From assembly GCF_041918995.1 (NCBI RefSeq), contig NZ_JAYRUN010000014.1, positions 11,974-75,973 on the forward strand: a stretch of DNA of 64,000 nucleotides, in the 5' to 3' direction. Shown piece by piece: positions 17,947 through 30,444 of this stretch (positions are counted from its first letter, which is position 1; each line of letters opens with the position of its first letter). Origin of the DNA: Ideonella sp. GTDB taxonomy: Bacteria; Pseudomonadota; Gammaproteobacteria; Burkholderiales; Burkholderiaceae_C. Position numbers and translations under genes: made by a program. The notes under the pieces are model-generated. The model worked only from the letters and a program-made list of their open reading frames with translations, had not been told where the DNA came from and searched no databases.

Positions 17947-20268
17947 GTGACCCGCCAGACCCCGTCCCGCCCGTTGCGCCCCTCCCCCTGCCCGGCGGCC
18001 CCCGCCGTGCTGGCCCTGGCCTGCGCCCTCGCGTGCGCGGGCGTCCGGGCGCAGCCGGCCGCGCCCCTGCCGGTGGAACTCACCGCCAACGATGTGCGCA
18101 GCACGCTGGACGGCGAGACGGTGGCCGAAGGCGAGGTGCTGCTGCGCCAGGGCGCCATGCACCTCAGCGCCGACCTGCTGCGCTACCACGCCAGCACCCA
18201 GTGGGCCCGCGCCAGCGGCCAGGTGGTGCTGCAGCGGGAGGGGGACCGCTTCACGGGCACCGAGGCCCAGGTCAACCTCGCCACCCGGGCCGGCTCGGTG
18301 CGCCACCCCACCTACCACTTCGCCCGCACGGGCGCGGGCGGCCAGGCCGAGCGCATCGACTTCTCCGGCGAGCGCCGGCTCACCGCGCTGCGCGCCGACT
18401 ACACGAGCTGCCCGCGCGACCAGGCCACCGGGGACGAGATGGGCCCGCCCCCGCAGCCCGACTGGCTGCTCTCGGCGGACCGCCTGGAACTGGATTTCGA
18501 GCGCAACGAGGGCGTGGCGCACGGGGCGGTGCTGCAGTTCCTGGGCGTGCCCATCCTGGCGGCGCCGGCGATCAGCTTTCCCGCCACGGGCGAGCGCAAG
18601 TCCGGCTGGCTGCCGCCCGAGCTCGACAGCGACACGCGCGGCGGCATTTCCCTGGCGGTGCCCTACTACTGGAACCTGGCGCCCAACTACGACCTCATCA
18701 CCACGCCTTCCGTGGCCACCCGCCGCGGCTTCGGGCTGGAGGCCGAGCTGCGTTACCTGCAGCCCGCCGACGAGGGACGGCTGGACGTGCACACCGTGCC
18801 GCACGACCGCGTGGCGCCCGAGGGGCGGCAGACGCGGTATTCGCTCGACTGGGCGCATGTGGGCACGCTCGACCGCGAGTGGCGCTATGCGGCCCGCGTC
18901 ATGCGCGCCTCGGACGACGAGTACTGGAAGGACTTCTCCAACCAGCTGCCCAGCCTGACGCGGCGACTGCTGCCCCAGGCCGCCTCGCTGGAGCGGCGCT
19001 GGTGGCTGGGCGCCGACAGCCGGCTCGACCTGTACGCCCGCACCCAGGCCTGGCAGGTGCTGCAGGACGAGGCCGCCATCCTGCCGCCCTACGAGCGCAT
19101 GCCGCAGCTGGGCCTGCGCGGCCTCGGCGGCGGCGCCGTGCGCTGGGAGCTGGAGGCCGAGGCCAACCGCTTCGAGCGGGCGGACGACCTGGTGGGCGAC
19201 AGCCGCAGCGACGGGTCGCGCGTGCACCTGCAGGGTGCGCTGTACCGGCCCTTCGACGAAGGCTGGGGCTGGTTCACGCCCCGCCTGGCGCTGAACGCGG
19301 CCAGCTACCGCACCGACCGCCCCATGAGCGACGGCCGGCGCGACGCCACCCGCGTCATCCCCACGGCCAGCGCGGACGCCGGCCTGCGCTTCGACCGTGC
19401 CAGCACGCTGTTCGACCGCGACCTGCGCCAGACCCTGGAGCCGCGGCTGCACTACGTGAACACCCCGTGGCGCGACCAGGCGGCGCTGCCGCTGTTCGAC
19501 ACCGCGGCGAGCGACTTCAACGCGGTGTCGATCTACGCGGACAACCCGTTCTCGGGCATCGACCGCATCGCCGACACCCACCAGGTGACGCTGGGCGCCA
19601 CCTCGCGCTGGGTGGAGCGCGGCAGCGGCGTCGAACGCCTGCGCCTGGGCGTGGCGCAGCGCTTCCTGTTCCGTGACCAGCGCCTCACGCCCGAAGGCGT
19701 GGAGGGCGACAAGCGGGTCTCCGACCTGCTGCTGTTCGGCTCGGGCAGCCTGTTCCAGAGCTGGGTGTTCGATGGCACGGTGCAGTACAACGCCGTGATC
19801 GACCGGCCGGTGCGCTCCATCGTGTCGGCGCGCTGGCAGCCCGAACCGTTCCACACCTTGTCCGGCACCTACCGGTATGCGCGCGGCCTGTCCGAGCAGT
19901 TCGAGCTGGGCTGGCAGTGGCCGCTGTACCGCGGCGCGCCGCGCGCCAACGGCTGCGGCGGCACGCTGTACGGCGTGGGCCGGGTCAACTTCAGCATGCG
20001 CGAGAGCCGGGTCACCGATTCCCTCGCGGGGCTGGAGTACGACGCCGGCTGCTGGATCGGCCGCTTCGTCGTCCAGCGGGTGTCGACCAGCCTGGACGAG
20101 GCGACCACCCGCTGGATGCTGCAGCTGGAGCTGGTGGGCCTGTCCCGCCTGGGCAGCAACCCGCTGAAGGTCCTGAAGGACAATATCCCCGGCTACCGGC
20201 TGCTGCGCGACGACGCCGACGAACCGGCGTCGCGCCTGGCCAGCCCCACGATTCCCTCGAGCCCATGA
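17947..20268 (+). CDS. lptD: LPS-assembly outer-membrane protein LptD
   Basis: It has an OstA N-terminal domain and a large beta-barrel, and is followed by surA with an ATGA overlap. The start is uncertain. GTG 17947 gives a plausible signal peptide (..AVLALACALACAGVRAQ), while the track ORF opens at GTG 17818. Confidence 0.88.
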   Translation: MTRQTPSRPLRPSPCPAAPAVLALACALACAGVRAQPAAPLPVELTANDVRSTLDGETVAEGEVLLRQGAMHLSADLLRYHASTQWARASGQVVLQREGDRFTGTEAQVNLATRAGSVRHPTYHFARTGAGGQAERIDFSGERRLTALRADYTSCPRDQATGDEMGPPPQPDWLLSADRLELDFERNEGVAHGAVLQFLGVPILAAPAISFPATGERKSGWLPPELDSDTRGGISLAVPYYWNLAPNYDLITTPSVATRRGFGLEAELRYLQPADEGRLDVHTVPHDRVAPEGRQTRYSLDWAHVGTLDREWRYAARVMRASDDEYWKDFSNQLPSLTRRLLPQAASLERRWWLGADSRLDLYARTQAWQVLQDEAAILPPYERMPQLGLRGLGGGAVRWELEAEANRFERADDLVGDSRSDGSRVHLQGALYRPFDEGWGWFTPRLALNAASYRTDRPMSDGRRDATRVIPTASADAGLRFDRASTLFDRDLRQTLEPRLHYVNTPWRDQAALPLFDTAASDFNAVSIYADNPFSGIDRIADTHQVTLGATSRWVERGSGVERLRLGVAQRFLFRDQRLTPEGVEGDKRVSDLLLFGSGSLFQSWVFDGTVQYNAVIDRPVRSIVSARWQPEPFHTLSGTYRYARGLSEQFELGWQWPLYRGAPRANGCGGTLYGVGRVNFSMRESRVTDSLAGLEYDAGCWIGRFVVQRVSTSLDEATTRWMLQLELVGLSRLGSNPLKVLKDNIPGYRLLRDDADEPASRLASPTIPSSP

Positions 20269-21602
20269 CCCACCCCTTCCTCCTTCGTGCCGCCGCCCTG
20301 GCGCTGGGCGCCACCCTGCTGGCGGGCGGCCCCGTCGCCCGCGCGCAGCAGCCGGCCCCGCGCGTCGCCACGCAGTCGGCCGACTACATCGTGGCCGTCG
20401 TCAACAACGAGCTGGTCACGCAGGTCGAGGTGGAGCAGCGGCTGGCGCGCATCCGCGCCGATGCGCAGCGCTCCGGCGCCCGGCTGCCGCCCGACGACGA
20501 GCTGCGCCGCCAGGTGCTCAACGCGCTCATCGAGGAGCGGGTGATCGTCACCTACGCCCGTGACAGCGGCATGCGCGTGGACGAGCCCGAGCTCGACCGG
20601 GCCGTGGCCAACGTGGCGGCGATGAACAAGCTCACGGTCGAGCGCCTGCAGCAGCGCCTGCGTGCCGAGGGCGTCGACTACGCGCGCTTTCGCGCCAACC
20701 TGCGCGACCAGATCCTGGCCGAGCGGGTGCGCGAGCGCGAGGTCGTCAGCCGCATCCGGGTGACCGACGCGGAGGTGGACGCCACCCTGGCCCAGCGCCA
20801 GGCCAAGCTCGGTGCGTCCACCGAGCTCAACATCGCGCAGATCCTCGTCTCGGTGCCGGAGAGCGCCTCGGCGGACGTGGTGGCCGAGCGGCGGGCGCGG
20901 GCCCAGGCCGTGATCCAGCGCCTGCGCGCCGGCGAGCCCTTCGACCGTGTCGCGCGCGAGGTCTCGGAGGACGCCAACCGCGAAAAGGGCGGCGAGATCG
21001 GCCCGAAGCCCGAGGAGCGCCTGCCGGACCTCTTCGTCGAGGCGGTCAAGCCGCTGGCCGTGGGCGGCTTCTCGGCCGAGCCCCTGCGCAGCGGGGCCGG
21101 CTGGCACGTGCTGAAGCTGCTGTCGCGCAGCGAGACCAGCATGGCCACCGTGACGCAGACGCGTGCGCGCCACATCCTGCTGCGGCCGTCGGCCACGGTG
21201 TCGGCCGAGGCGGCGGGCCGGCGCCTGGTCGAGCTGCGCGAGCAGGTGGTGTCCGGACAGCGCCGCTTCGAGGACCTGGCGCGCCAGTTCTCCGAGGACG
21301 GCAGTGCCGCGGCGGGCGGGGATCTGGGCTGGGCCTCGCCGGGCAACTTCGTGCCGGAGTTCGAGGAGGCCATGGCCCGCCTGCCGCTCGGCGGCGTGTC
21401 CGCCCCCATCGTGTCGCGCTTCGGCGTGCACCTCATCCAGGTGGTCGAGCGCCGCCAGGTCCCCATCGACCCCAAGGAGCTGCGCGAGCAGGTGCGCAAC
21501 ACCTTGCGCGAGCAGAAGTTCGACCCGGCCTACGCCGACTGGGTGGCCGAGCTGCGTGCCCGGGCCTACATCGAGATGCGCGAGCCGCCGCAGGCCTTGT
21601 GA
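20265..21602 (+). CDS. surA: Periplasmic chaperone / peptidyl-prolyl isomerase SurA
   Basis: It has a signal peptide, a SurA N-domain and two parvulin-type PPIase regions. It lies in lptD-surA-rsmA synteny. Confidence 0.9.
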   Translation: MTHPFLLRAAALALGATLLAGGPVARAQQPAPRVATQSADYIVAVVNNELVTQVEVEQRLARIRADAQRSGARLPPDDELRRQVLNALIEERVIVTYARDSGMRVDEPELDRAVANVAAMNKLTVERLQQRLRAEGVDYARFRANLRDQILAERVREREVVSRIRVTDAEVDATLAQRQAKLGASTELNIAQILVSVPESASADVVAERRARAQAVIQRLRAGEPFDRVAREVSEDANREKGGEIGPKPEERLPDLFVEAVKPLAVGGFSAEPLRSGAGWHVLKLLSRSETSMATVTQTRARHILLRPSATVSAEAAGRRLVELREQVVSGQRRFEDLARQFSEDGSAAAGGDLGWASPGNFVPEFEEAMARLPLGGVSAPIVSRFGVHLIQVVERRQVPIDPKELREQVRNTLREQKFDPAYADWVAELRARAYIEMREPPQAL

Positions 21603-22369
21603 AGCCCCACACCGCGCGCAAGCGCTTCGGCCAGCACTTCCTGACTGACAGCGCCATCATCGACGCCATCGTGCGCGCCATCGACCCGCGGCCGGGCCAG
21701 GCGCTGGTGGAGATCGGCCCCGGCCTGGGCGCGCTCACCGAGCCGCTGCTGGCGCGCGGCGAGCGCCTGACCGTGGTGGAGCTCGACCGCGACCTGGCCG
21801 CGCGCCTGCGCCGCAATCCCGCGCTGCAGGTGGTGGAGTCGGACGTGCTGCGCGTGGATTTCGGCGCGCTGGCGGACGCCGCGGGCCAGCCGCTGCGTGT
21901 GGTGGGCAACCTGCCCTACAACATCTCCACGCCCATCCTGTTCCACCTGCTGCCGTGGGCCCACCGTGTGGTCGACCAGCACTTCATGCTGCAGAAGGAA
22001 GTGGTGGACCGCATGGCCGCCGGGCCGGGCAGCAAGACCTATGGTCGGTTGTCGGTGATGCTGCAGTGGCGCTACGACATCGAGTCGCTCGTCGACGTGC
22101 CGCCCGAGGCCTTCGACCCGCCGCCGCAGGTCGATTCGGCCGTGGTGCGCATGACGCCCTGGCCACAGGCGGCCGACGTGGACCCCGCCCGGCTCGAGGC
22201 GCTGGTGGCTGCCGCGTTCTCCCAGCGCCGCAAGCTGCTGCGCCACGCGCTGGGCCGCTGGCTCGAAGGCCAGGGCTACACCGGCGACTTCGACCTCCAG
22301 CGCCGCGCCGAGGAAGTCCCCGTCGCCGAGTTCATCGCCCTCGCGCAATCGCTTCCGCCCCACCAGTGA
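21599..22369 (+). CDS. rsmA: 16S rRNA (adenine1518/1519-N6)-dimethyltransferase
   Basis: Sequence motifs are [19 protein letters not shown] and [13 protein letters not shown]. The GTG start overlaps the surA stop. Confidence 0.93.
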   Translation: MKPHTARKRFGQHFLTDSAIIDAIVRAIDPRPGQALVEIGPGLGALTEPLLARGERLTVVELDRDLAARLRRNPALQVVESDVLRVDFGALADAAGQPLRVVGNLPYNISTPILFHLLPWAHRVVDQHFMLQKEVVDRMAAGPGSKTYGRLSVMLQWRYDIESLVDVPPEAFDPPPQVDSAVVRMTPWPQAADVDPARLEALVAAAFSQRRKLLRHALGRWLEGQGYTGDFDLQRRAEEVPVAEFIALAQSLPPHQ

Positions 22370-22372
22370 CAA

Positions 22373-22391
22373 GGCCCGCCAAAGGCGGGCC
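22373..22391 (+). terminator. Hairpin immediately after rsmA stop
   Basis: GGCCCGCC-AAA-GGCGGGCC forms an 8-bp perfect stem starting 4 nt after the stop. No U-tract follows, so intrinsic termination is uncertain. Confidence 0.4.
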
Positions 22392-22410
22392 AAGGTCACT
22401 CTCCAAGCGG

Positions 22411-22490
22411 TGGCCGCGGAGCCGGCTCCGCCGGGCCGCTGGCCGCGCCCCCTTGAGGGGGAGGCGCCGCCAGGCGCCTCGGGGGTGGGC
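22411..22490. repeat. Single copy of the same GC-rich palindromic element family
   Basis: It shares CGCCGGGCCGCTG (22429-22441) and the hairpin CCCCCTTGAGGGGG (22448-22461). It also has the GGCGCC-GCCA-GGCGCC palindrome. Confidence 0.7.
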
Positions 22491-22496
22491 AAGTTC

Positions 22497-22688
22497 TCAG
22501 GCGGCGTTGAGCCACATGGCGGTGTCGAACGCGCTGCTCATCATGGGCATGTTCATCCCGAAGTTCGGGTTGATGCCGTTCTTGCTGGCCGCCTTGGCGG
22601 CCGGCTTGGTTTCCGTGGGGGCCGTTTCCGCAGCCCGCTCCCATGACCCGTTTTCCTGGGAGCGGGCTACTGAAAAGAATAGAAGCAC
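22497..22688 (-). CDS. Candidate small protein (63 aa), very uncertain
   Basis: The GTG start overlaps the barstar 3' end and AGGAAG lies 11 nt upstream. The distal 40 codons use GC3-preferred codons (AAG, AAC, GGC, ATC, CCG, TTC). The antisense reading (22516..22692 +) shares the wobble position but uses rare TTG, GTT, TTT and AGA codons. Confidence 0.2.
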   Translation of the reverse strand: MLLFFSVARSQENGSWERAAETAPTETKPAAKAASKNGINPNFGMNMPMMSSAFDTAMWLNAA

Positions 22689-23068
22689 CTGAACGGTATC
22701 TTCCTTTCGGCCCAGAAGTCGGCGGCGTCACGGAAGACGTCCAGCAGCTGCTCGCGCGATTCGCGGTCGAAGCGCGGGTTGTCGGGGATCTGCTCGAGCA
22801 CGACGATGAAGCCGGGCTGGGAGCCCGCCTTGTGGACAAGGTCCGTCATGCAGTCGTACAGCGCGTCCAGGTTCTTGCCGAAGTGCTGCGGAAAGAGGAA
22901 CGAGCTGGCGATGCCGTCGAGCACGTCCTGCTTGGATTGCGCCTCGGAGAGATTGGCGTACAGGAAGTGCTGGCCAGCTTCCTGCGCCGCGCTCATCAGG
23001 TCGTCGACCCGATAGGCGCGTATTGCCTGCACGATGTTGGGACGGACGGTCTGCAAGAGCATGGTCAC
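22667..23068 (-). CDS. Barstar-family ribonuclease inhibitor
   Basis: The sequence has a barstar-like core (FPQHFGKNLDALYDCMTDL). An AAGGAGG Shine-Dalgarno precedes it. It lies immediately downstream of the RNase gene. Confidence 0.8.
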   Translation of the reverse strand: MTMLLQTVRPNIVQAIRAYRVDDLMSAAQEAGQHFLYANLSEAQSKQDVLDGIASSFLFPQHFGKNLDALYDCMTDLVHKAGSQPGFIVVLEQIPDNPRFDRESREQLLDVFRDAADFWAERKIPFRCFYSFQ

Positions 23069-23115
23069 GTTCCTCCTTGATCAACGATGAAACCGAACGA
23101 AGCTCGCCCCGCAGA

Positions 23116-23610
23116 TCACTTCACGATGCGGCGAAAGCTCGCGTAGTGATCTTCGGTATAGAAACAGGCTTCGGGTTCCCGCGGCTGCACGCCGCCGCAG
23201 ACGATGCGCCGTGCGCCACGGTCACGGGACCCCGGCGTGGGCACGGTGTATTCGCGGTAGTACCCTCGCGGATGGCTGGGCAGCAGGCGCTCGCGGTTGC
23301 CGAACACGGTGCCGTCCTTCGCGTAGGGGAAGGGGCCGCCGGAGCGGATCAAGCGCTCGGTGTGCTGGGCCTCCGCCGGCAAGGCGGCCAGGGCCACCGT
23401 ACCGGCCGCCGGTGCTGACCCGCGAAACGACTCGCGGGCGGGGGCTCCAGCGCCAAGGGCCACCCCGAGCGCGCCGGCGAGGACCGCTGCCATCACGAAC
23501 AGGCCGCCTCGCTTGCGCAAGAACCGCCCCTCCGGCAGTGAACCCCCTCTGGCCACGGGTTTACCCTGAAGACTCAAACCGTCATGGTACCCGAGTGGTT
23601 CGGAAACCAC
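23116..23610 (-). CDS. Secreted guanyl-specific ribonuclease (RNase Sa / barnase, N1/T1 superfamily)
   Basis: The C-terminal domain GYYREYTVPTPGSRDRGARRIVCGG...EDHYASFRRI matches the RNase Sa catalytic region. A hydrophobic signal-like segment (FVMAAVLAGALGVALGAGA) is present. The start is uncertain, at 23610 or 23493, or at a TTG codon between them. Confidence 0.8.
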   Translation of the reverse strand: MVSEPLGYHDGLSLQGKPVARGGSLPEGRFLRKRGGLFVMAAVLAGALGVALGAGAPARESFRGSAPAAGTVALAALPAEAQHTERLIRSGGPFPYAKDGTVFGNRERLLPSHPRGYYREYTVPTPGSRDRGARRIVCGGVQPREPEACFYTEDHYASFRRIVK

Positions 23611-23684
23611 AAGGCCAATGCCTCAAAATGAGGCATGGCGCCCGTTTGAACGTGAGTGGTCGCTACTCGGAAATGGCTGGCGAA

Positions 23685-25979
<2,295 letters not shown>

Positions 25980-26113
25980 GGGGCTCTCGGGTGGCGCGGC
26001 AGGGGGGCAACGATTCTAGGATGGGGCAGTGTGCGTGCCGGCGCCGCCCCGGCGCATGCGCGAAACTGCTTAGGCAGCGCCCCAGGCGGGGCACCCATAC
26101 TGCCGCCCCAGTG

Positions 26114-28210
26114 ATGACGCCACCCGCCGCCGCCCCCGCCCCGGAGCCCTCGCGCGGCCGCCGGGGCTTTCGCTGGCTGCTGTGGGGCGCGCTGGTGGGC
26201 CTGCTGCTGGTGGCGCAGTCGCTGCTGGTGGGGCTGACCATCGCCTACGAGGAATCGCGCGCGCAGGAGCGCACCGACGAGGTCGCCGCCTTCGCCGCGG
26301 CCGAGATGCGCCGCCTGGTGCAGGCCAGCCTGCAGGGCGCGCAGGCCCTGACCTGGGGCGACCCGCCGCCGGTGCAGTGGCGCTACGACGCGCTGGAGAT
26401 GATGCGCCAGCGTGACGAGTTCCTGCGCATGGAACTGCGCGACGAGGGCCTGCGGCTGGTCACGGCCGCCGATGCGCCGTTTCGCGCGCCGCTGTTCGGC
26501 AACCTCGCCCGCACCGACCTGGAGGTGGAGATGCTGGCCACCTGCGCCGGCGCCCGGCGCGCCGCCATGCCGGCGTTCTCGCGCTCGTACTTCGTGCCGC
26601 AGCCGGGCGGGCTGGGCCTGGAGGTGATCGACCTGTGCCTGCCGCTGGACCGCGCCGGCCAGCACGCCGGCTACATGGTGGCCACGCTGGCCCTGGCGCA
26701 GCTGCTGGAGGACGCGGTGCGCGAGGCCGGCGTCAGCGCCCACGAGCTGTCGCTGGTCGAGGCCGACGGCACGCGGCTGGTGCGCGCGGGCACCCGCCGC
26801 GGCGCCGGCATCTACCAGGCCACGCGCATCGTGGACCTGCCCGGCCAGTCGCTGCAGCTGCGGGCGGACGCGGCCCAGGGCCGCCCGGGCCTGATTCCCA
26901 ACGTCACGGTGGCCCTGGTCGTGGGCCTGTCGCTGCTGCTGTTCGGGCTGGTGGTGCTGCTGGTGCGGGACGTGCGCCGGCGCGCGAAGGCCGAGACGGC
27001 GCTGGCCGAGGCGCTCGCCTTCCGGCGCGCGATGGAGGACTCGCTCGTCACCGGCCTGCGCGCACGCGACGTGCGCGGCCGCATCACCTACGTGAACCCG
27101 GCTTTCTGCGCCATGGTCGGCTGGAGTGCCGAGGAGCTCATCGGCACCGACCCGCCGCCGTACTGGCCGCCCGAGCACATCGCGGAGTACCGCCGCCGCC
27201 AGTCCGAGCGCTTCACCCTGTCGCGCGACGCCGCCGCCCAGCGCGAGGGCTTCGAGACGCAGTTCATGCGGCGCACCGGGGAGCGCTTTCCGGTGATGAT
27301 CTACGAAGCCCCGCTGCGCGACCGGGTCGGGCACCACGCCGGCTGGATGAGCGCTGTGCTGGACGTGAGCGCGGCGCGCCGCATGGAGGAGCTCTCGCGC
27401 CAGCAGCAGGAGCGCCTGCAGGCCACCGCGCGGCTGGCCACCGTGGGCGAGATGGCCTCGCTGCTCAGCCACGAGCTGAACCAGCCGCTGGCCGCGATCG
27501 CCAGCTACGCGAGCGGCTCGCTCAACCTGGTGGCCGATGCGCAGGCCCAGGCGCAGGGCCTGCCGGCCTCGCCGGCGCAGGCCGAGACGCTGGGGATGGT
27601 GCGCCAGGCGCTGGAGCGCGTGGCCGAGCAGGCCGAGCGGGCGGGGCGCGTCATCAAGAGCGTGCATGCCTTCGTGCGGCGTCGCGAGCGCTCGCGCGAG
27701 GCGGTGGGCGCGGGCGAGCTGATCGAGGCGGTGCTGCCCCTGGTGCGGCTGCAGGCGCGCAAGAGCGGCACGCGGCTCGAGGTGGACTGCCCGCAGCCCG
27801 CGCCGCGCGTCTGGGCCGACCGCACGATGGTCGAGCAGGTGCTGCTGAACCTCACGCGCAACGCCATCCAGTCGATGGAGGGCGGCGAGACGCCGCTGGC
27901 CGAACGGGTGCTCACCCTGCGTGTGAGCCAGCCGCACGCCCGCTGGGTGCGCCTGGCCGTCATCGACCGCGGGGGTGGCATCGCGCCGGAGGTGGCGGCG
28001 CAGCTGTTCACCCCCTTCTTCACCACCCGTGCCGAGGGCATGGGCCTGGGCCTGTCGCTGTGCCGCACGGTGATCGAGCAGCACGGCGGCGCGCTGGACT
28101 TCGGCCCGGCGGAATCCGGCGACGGCATGCGCACGGGAACGGAGTTCCGGTTTACCCTCCCGGTGGCGCCCGACGGTCGCACCGCCGACCTCCCGCCTGA
28201 CGCCCCATGA
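26114..28210 (+). CDS. Sensor histidine kinase (periplasmic sensor + PAS + HisKA/HATPase)
   Basis: It has two TM segments, a PAS region (ITYVNPAFCAMVGWSAEELIG), the H-box SHELNQPLAAI and N/G boxes. I chose the start at ATG 26114. Confidence 0.85.
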   Translation: MTPPAAAPAPEPSRGRRGFRWLLWGALVGLLLVAQSLLVGLTIAYEESRAQERTDEVAAFAAAEMRRLVQASLQGAQALTWGDPPPVQWRYDALEMMRQRDEFLRMELRDEGLRLVTAADAPFRAPLFGNLARTDLEVEMLATCAGARRAAMPAFSRSYFVPQPGGLGLEVIDLCLPLDRAGQHAGYMVATLALAQLLEDAVREAGVSAHELSLVEADGTRLVRAGTRRGAGIYQATRIVDLPGQSLQLRADAAQGRPGLIPNVTVALVVGLSLLLFGLVVLLVRDVRRRAKAETALAEALAFRRAMEDSLVTGLRARDVRGRITYVNPAFCAMVGWSAEELIGTDPPPYWPPEHIAEYRRRQSERFTLSRDAAAQREGFETQFMRRTGERFPVMIYEAPLRDRVGHHAGWMSAVLDVSAARRMEELSRQQQERLQATARLATVGEMASLLSHELNQPLAAIASYASGSLNLVADAQAQAQGLPASPAQAETLGMVRQALERVAEQAERAGRVIKSVHAFVRRRERSREAVGAGELIEAVLPLVRLQARKSGTRLEVDCPQPAPRVWADRTMVEQVLLNLTRNAIQSMEGGETPLAERVLTLRVSQPHARWVRLAVIDRGGGIAPEVAAQLFTPFFTTRAEGMGLGLSLCRTVIEQHGGALDFGPAESGDGMRTGTEFRFTLPVAPDGRTADLPPDAP

Positions 28211-28902
28211 ACCCGCCCGCTGCCTCCCGATTCGGCCTGCCCATGGTGTACCTCGTCGACGACGAGGACGTGGTGCGCGATGCCCTGGCCTGGCTGCTGC
28301 GCACGCGCCGCCTGCTGTCCGAGGGCTTTGCCAGCGGCGACGCCTTCGCCGAGTTCCTGGCAGGCCGCGGGCCGGCCGACTGGCCGACGGCGCCGTCGTG
28401 CGTGCTGCTGGACGTGCGCATGCCCGGCATGTCCGGGCTGGCGCTGTTCGAGCTGCTGGTCGAGCGCGGGCTGGTCGACGCGCTGCCGGTGATCTTCCTC
28501 ACCGGCCATGGCGACGTGCCCACGGCCGTGGCCGCGGTCAAGCGCGGCGCCTTCGATTTCGTGGAGAAGCCGTTCTCGGACAACGCGCTGGTCGACCGCA
28601 TCGAGCAGGCCCTGGCCGTCAGCGAACGGGCCCTGTCCCGGCGCGCCGACCGCCGCCGCGTGGAGCGCGCGCTGGCCGAGCTCACCGAGCGCGAGCGCGA
28701 GGTGATGCAGCTGGTGGTCGAAGGCCGACCCAACAAGCTCATCGCCGACGCGCTGGACATCAGCGTGCGCACGGTGGAGGTGCACCGGGCGCGCGTGTTC
28801 GACAAGATGAACGTCAAGTCCGCGGTGGAGCTCGCGAACCTCCTGCACCCGGCGGCGCAGTACCGCCACCACCTGCCCCTTCCGCCCGGCGGTTCGGCCT
28901 GA
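28207..28902 (+). CDS. FixJ/LuxR-family response regulator
   Basis: The receiver domain has LLDVRMPGMSG. The C-terminal LuxR HTH is REREVMQLVVEGRPNKLIADALDISVRTVEVHR. It has a 4-nt overlap with the kinase gene. Confidence 0.9.
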   Translation: MNPPAASRFGLPMVYLVDDEDVVRDALAWLLRTRRLLSEGFASGDAFAEFLAGRGPADWPTAPSCVLLDVRMPGMSGLALFELLVERGLVDALPVIFLTGHGDVPTAVAAVKRGAFDFVEKPFSDNALVDRIEQALAVSERALSRRADRRRVERALAELTEREREVMQLVVEGRPNKLIADALDISVRTVEVHRARVFDKMNVKSAVELANLLHPAAQYRHHLPLPPGGSA

Positions 28903-28952
28903 GGCTGTCGAAGGCGCGCCCTGGCGTGCCCCGGGGCGGCCACAATCGCGCC

Positions 28953-29927
28953 ATGGCCCTGGGTGAGTTCGACCTGATCGAGACCTTCTTCCGCCCCCCG
29001 GTGCGGCGCGCCGTGCTGGGTGGCGGGGACGATTGCGCGCTGCTGCAGCCGGCACCGGGCATGCAGCTGGCGGTGTCCACCGACATGCTGGTCGAGGGGC
29101 GCCACTTCCTGTCCACCGTGCCGCCCGAGCGCCTGGGCCACAAGGCGCTGGCGGTGAACCTGAGCGACCTGGCCGCCTGCGGGGCCGAGCCGCTGGCCTT
29201 CACGCTCGGCCTGTGCCTGCCGCGCGCCGACGCCGCGTTCCTCGGGCCGCTGGCGCGCGGCATGCTGGCCCTGGCCGAGCGCCATGGCATCGAGCTGGTG
29301 GGCGGCGACACCACCGCCGGCCCGCTCGCGCTGTCGATCACCGTGATGGGCCAGGTCCCGGCGGGCCAGGCGCTGCTGCGCAGCGGCGCGGCGCCGGGCG
29401 ACGACCTGTGGGTCAGCGGCACGCTGGGCGATGCGCGCCTCGCCCTGGAGGTGTTCCGCGGCCAGGTGCGCCTGCCGGGCGATGGCTTCGAGCAGGTGCG
29501 CCAGGCCATGGAGTGTCCCGAGCCGCGCGTGGCGCTGGGCCAGGCGCTGCGCGGCGTGGCCAGCGCGGCCATCGACCTGTCCGATGGGCTGCTGGGTGAC
29601 CTGCGCCATGTGCTGGCCCGCTCGCAGGTGGGGGCCACCGTGTGGCTCGACGCACTGCCCCGCAGCCCCTGGCTCGCCGCCCAGCCCGAGGCGGTGCAGC
29701 AGGCCTGCCTGCTGGGCGGCGGCGATGACTACGAGCTGCTGTTCAGCGCGCCGCCCGGCGCCGCGGCCGCGGTGCGGGCCGCCGCCGAACACGCCGGCAC
29801 GCGGGCCAGCCGCATCGGCCGCATCACCCCCGCGGCCGAGGGCCTGCAGGTGCTGCCGGCGGCCGGCAGCCCCACCGCGCTGGACCTGTCCGGCTGGTCG
29901 GGCTTCGACCACTTCGGCAGCGCATGA
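28953..29927 (+). CDS. thiL: Thiamine-monophosphate kinase
   Basis: It has an AIR-synthase-like fold (GEFDLIE...GDDCALL...[11 protein letters not shown]...[12 protein letters not shown]). I chose the inner ATG at 28953. Confidence 0.9.
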   Translation: MALGEFDLIETFFRPPVRRAVLGGGDDCALLQPAPGMQLAVSTDMLVEGRHFLSTVPPERLGHKALAVNLSDLAACGAEPLAFTLGLCLPRADAAFLGPLARGMLALAERHGIELVGGDTTAGPLALSITVMGQVPAGQALLRSGAAPGDDLWVSGTLGDARLALEVFRGQVRLPGDGFEQVRQAMECPEPRVALGQALRGVASAAIDLSDGLLGDLRHVLARSQVGATVWLDALPRSPWLAAQPEAVQQACLLGGGDDYELLFSAPPGAAAAVRAAAEHAGTRASRIGRITPAAEGLQVLPAAGSPTALDLSGWSGFDHFGSA

Positions 29928-30436
29928 CGCCGACCGCCCGCTTCATGCGCTCGCACCCCGCGCACTGGGTGTCGCTCGGTTTCGGCAGTGGGCTGTCGCC
30001 CGTGGCCCCCGGCACGGTGGGCACGCTGTGGGCCTGGCTGGCGTTCGTGGGGCTGGACCCGTGGCTGGGCAGCGGCGGCTGGGCGGTGGTGCTGGCGCTC
30101 GGCTGGCCGCTGGGCGGCTGGGCCTGCACCCGCACGGCCCAGGCCCTGGGCGTGGCCGACCCCTCGGCCATCGTGTGGGACGAGGTGCTCGCCTTCTGGA
30201 CGGTGCTGTGGCTGCTGATGCCGGCCCACTGGGGCTGGCAGGTGCTCGCGTTCGCCCTGTTCCGCCTGTTCGATGCCGCCAAGCCGGGCCCGGTGGCCTG
30301 GGCCGACCGGCGCTACAAGCTCGCGCCCGGCGCGGCCATCGGCTGGCGCCAGGGCGCCGGCATCCTGCTGGACGATGCCGTGGCAGCGCTGTGCACCCTG
30401 CTGGTGCTGGCGCTGGCCTGGCGGCTCTGGCACTGA
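29924..30436 (+). CDS. pgpA: Phosphatidylglycerophosphatase A
   Basis: Motifs are [17 protein letters not shown] and [12 protein letters not shown]. It has an ATGA overlap with thiL. Confidence 0.9.
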   Translation: MTPTARFMRSHPAHWVSLGFGSGLSPVAPGTVGTLWAWLAFVGLDPWLGSGGWAVVLALGWPLGGWACTRTAQALGVADPSAIVWDEVLAFWTVLWLLMPAHWGWQVLAFALFRLFDAAKPGPVAWADRRYKLAPGAAIGWRQGAGILLDDAVAALCTLLVLALAWRLWH

Positions 30437-30444
30437 AGGCCGCC

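Noticed and set aside
22516-22692. A plus-strand 58-aa hydrophobic small ORF (MAVSNALLIMGMFIPKFGLMPFLLAALAAGLV...) lies between rsmA and barstar.
   Set aside because: It shares wobble positions with the minus-strand ORF, so its GC3 is uninformative. It uses several rare codons (TTG x4, GTT, TTT, AGA, AAT) and lacks a convincing Shine-Dalgarno. I kept it only as the alternative reading in the finding above.
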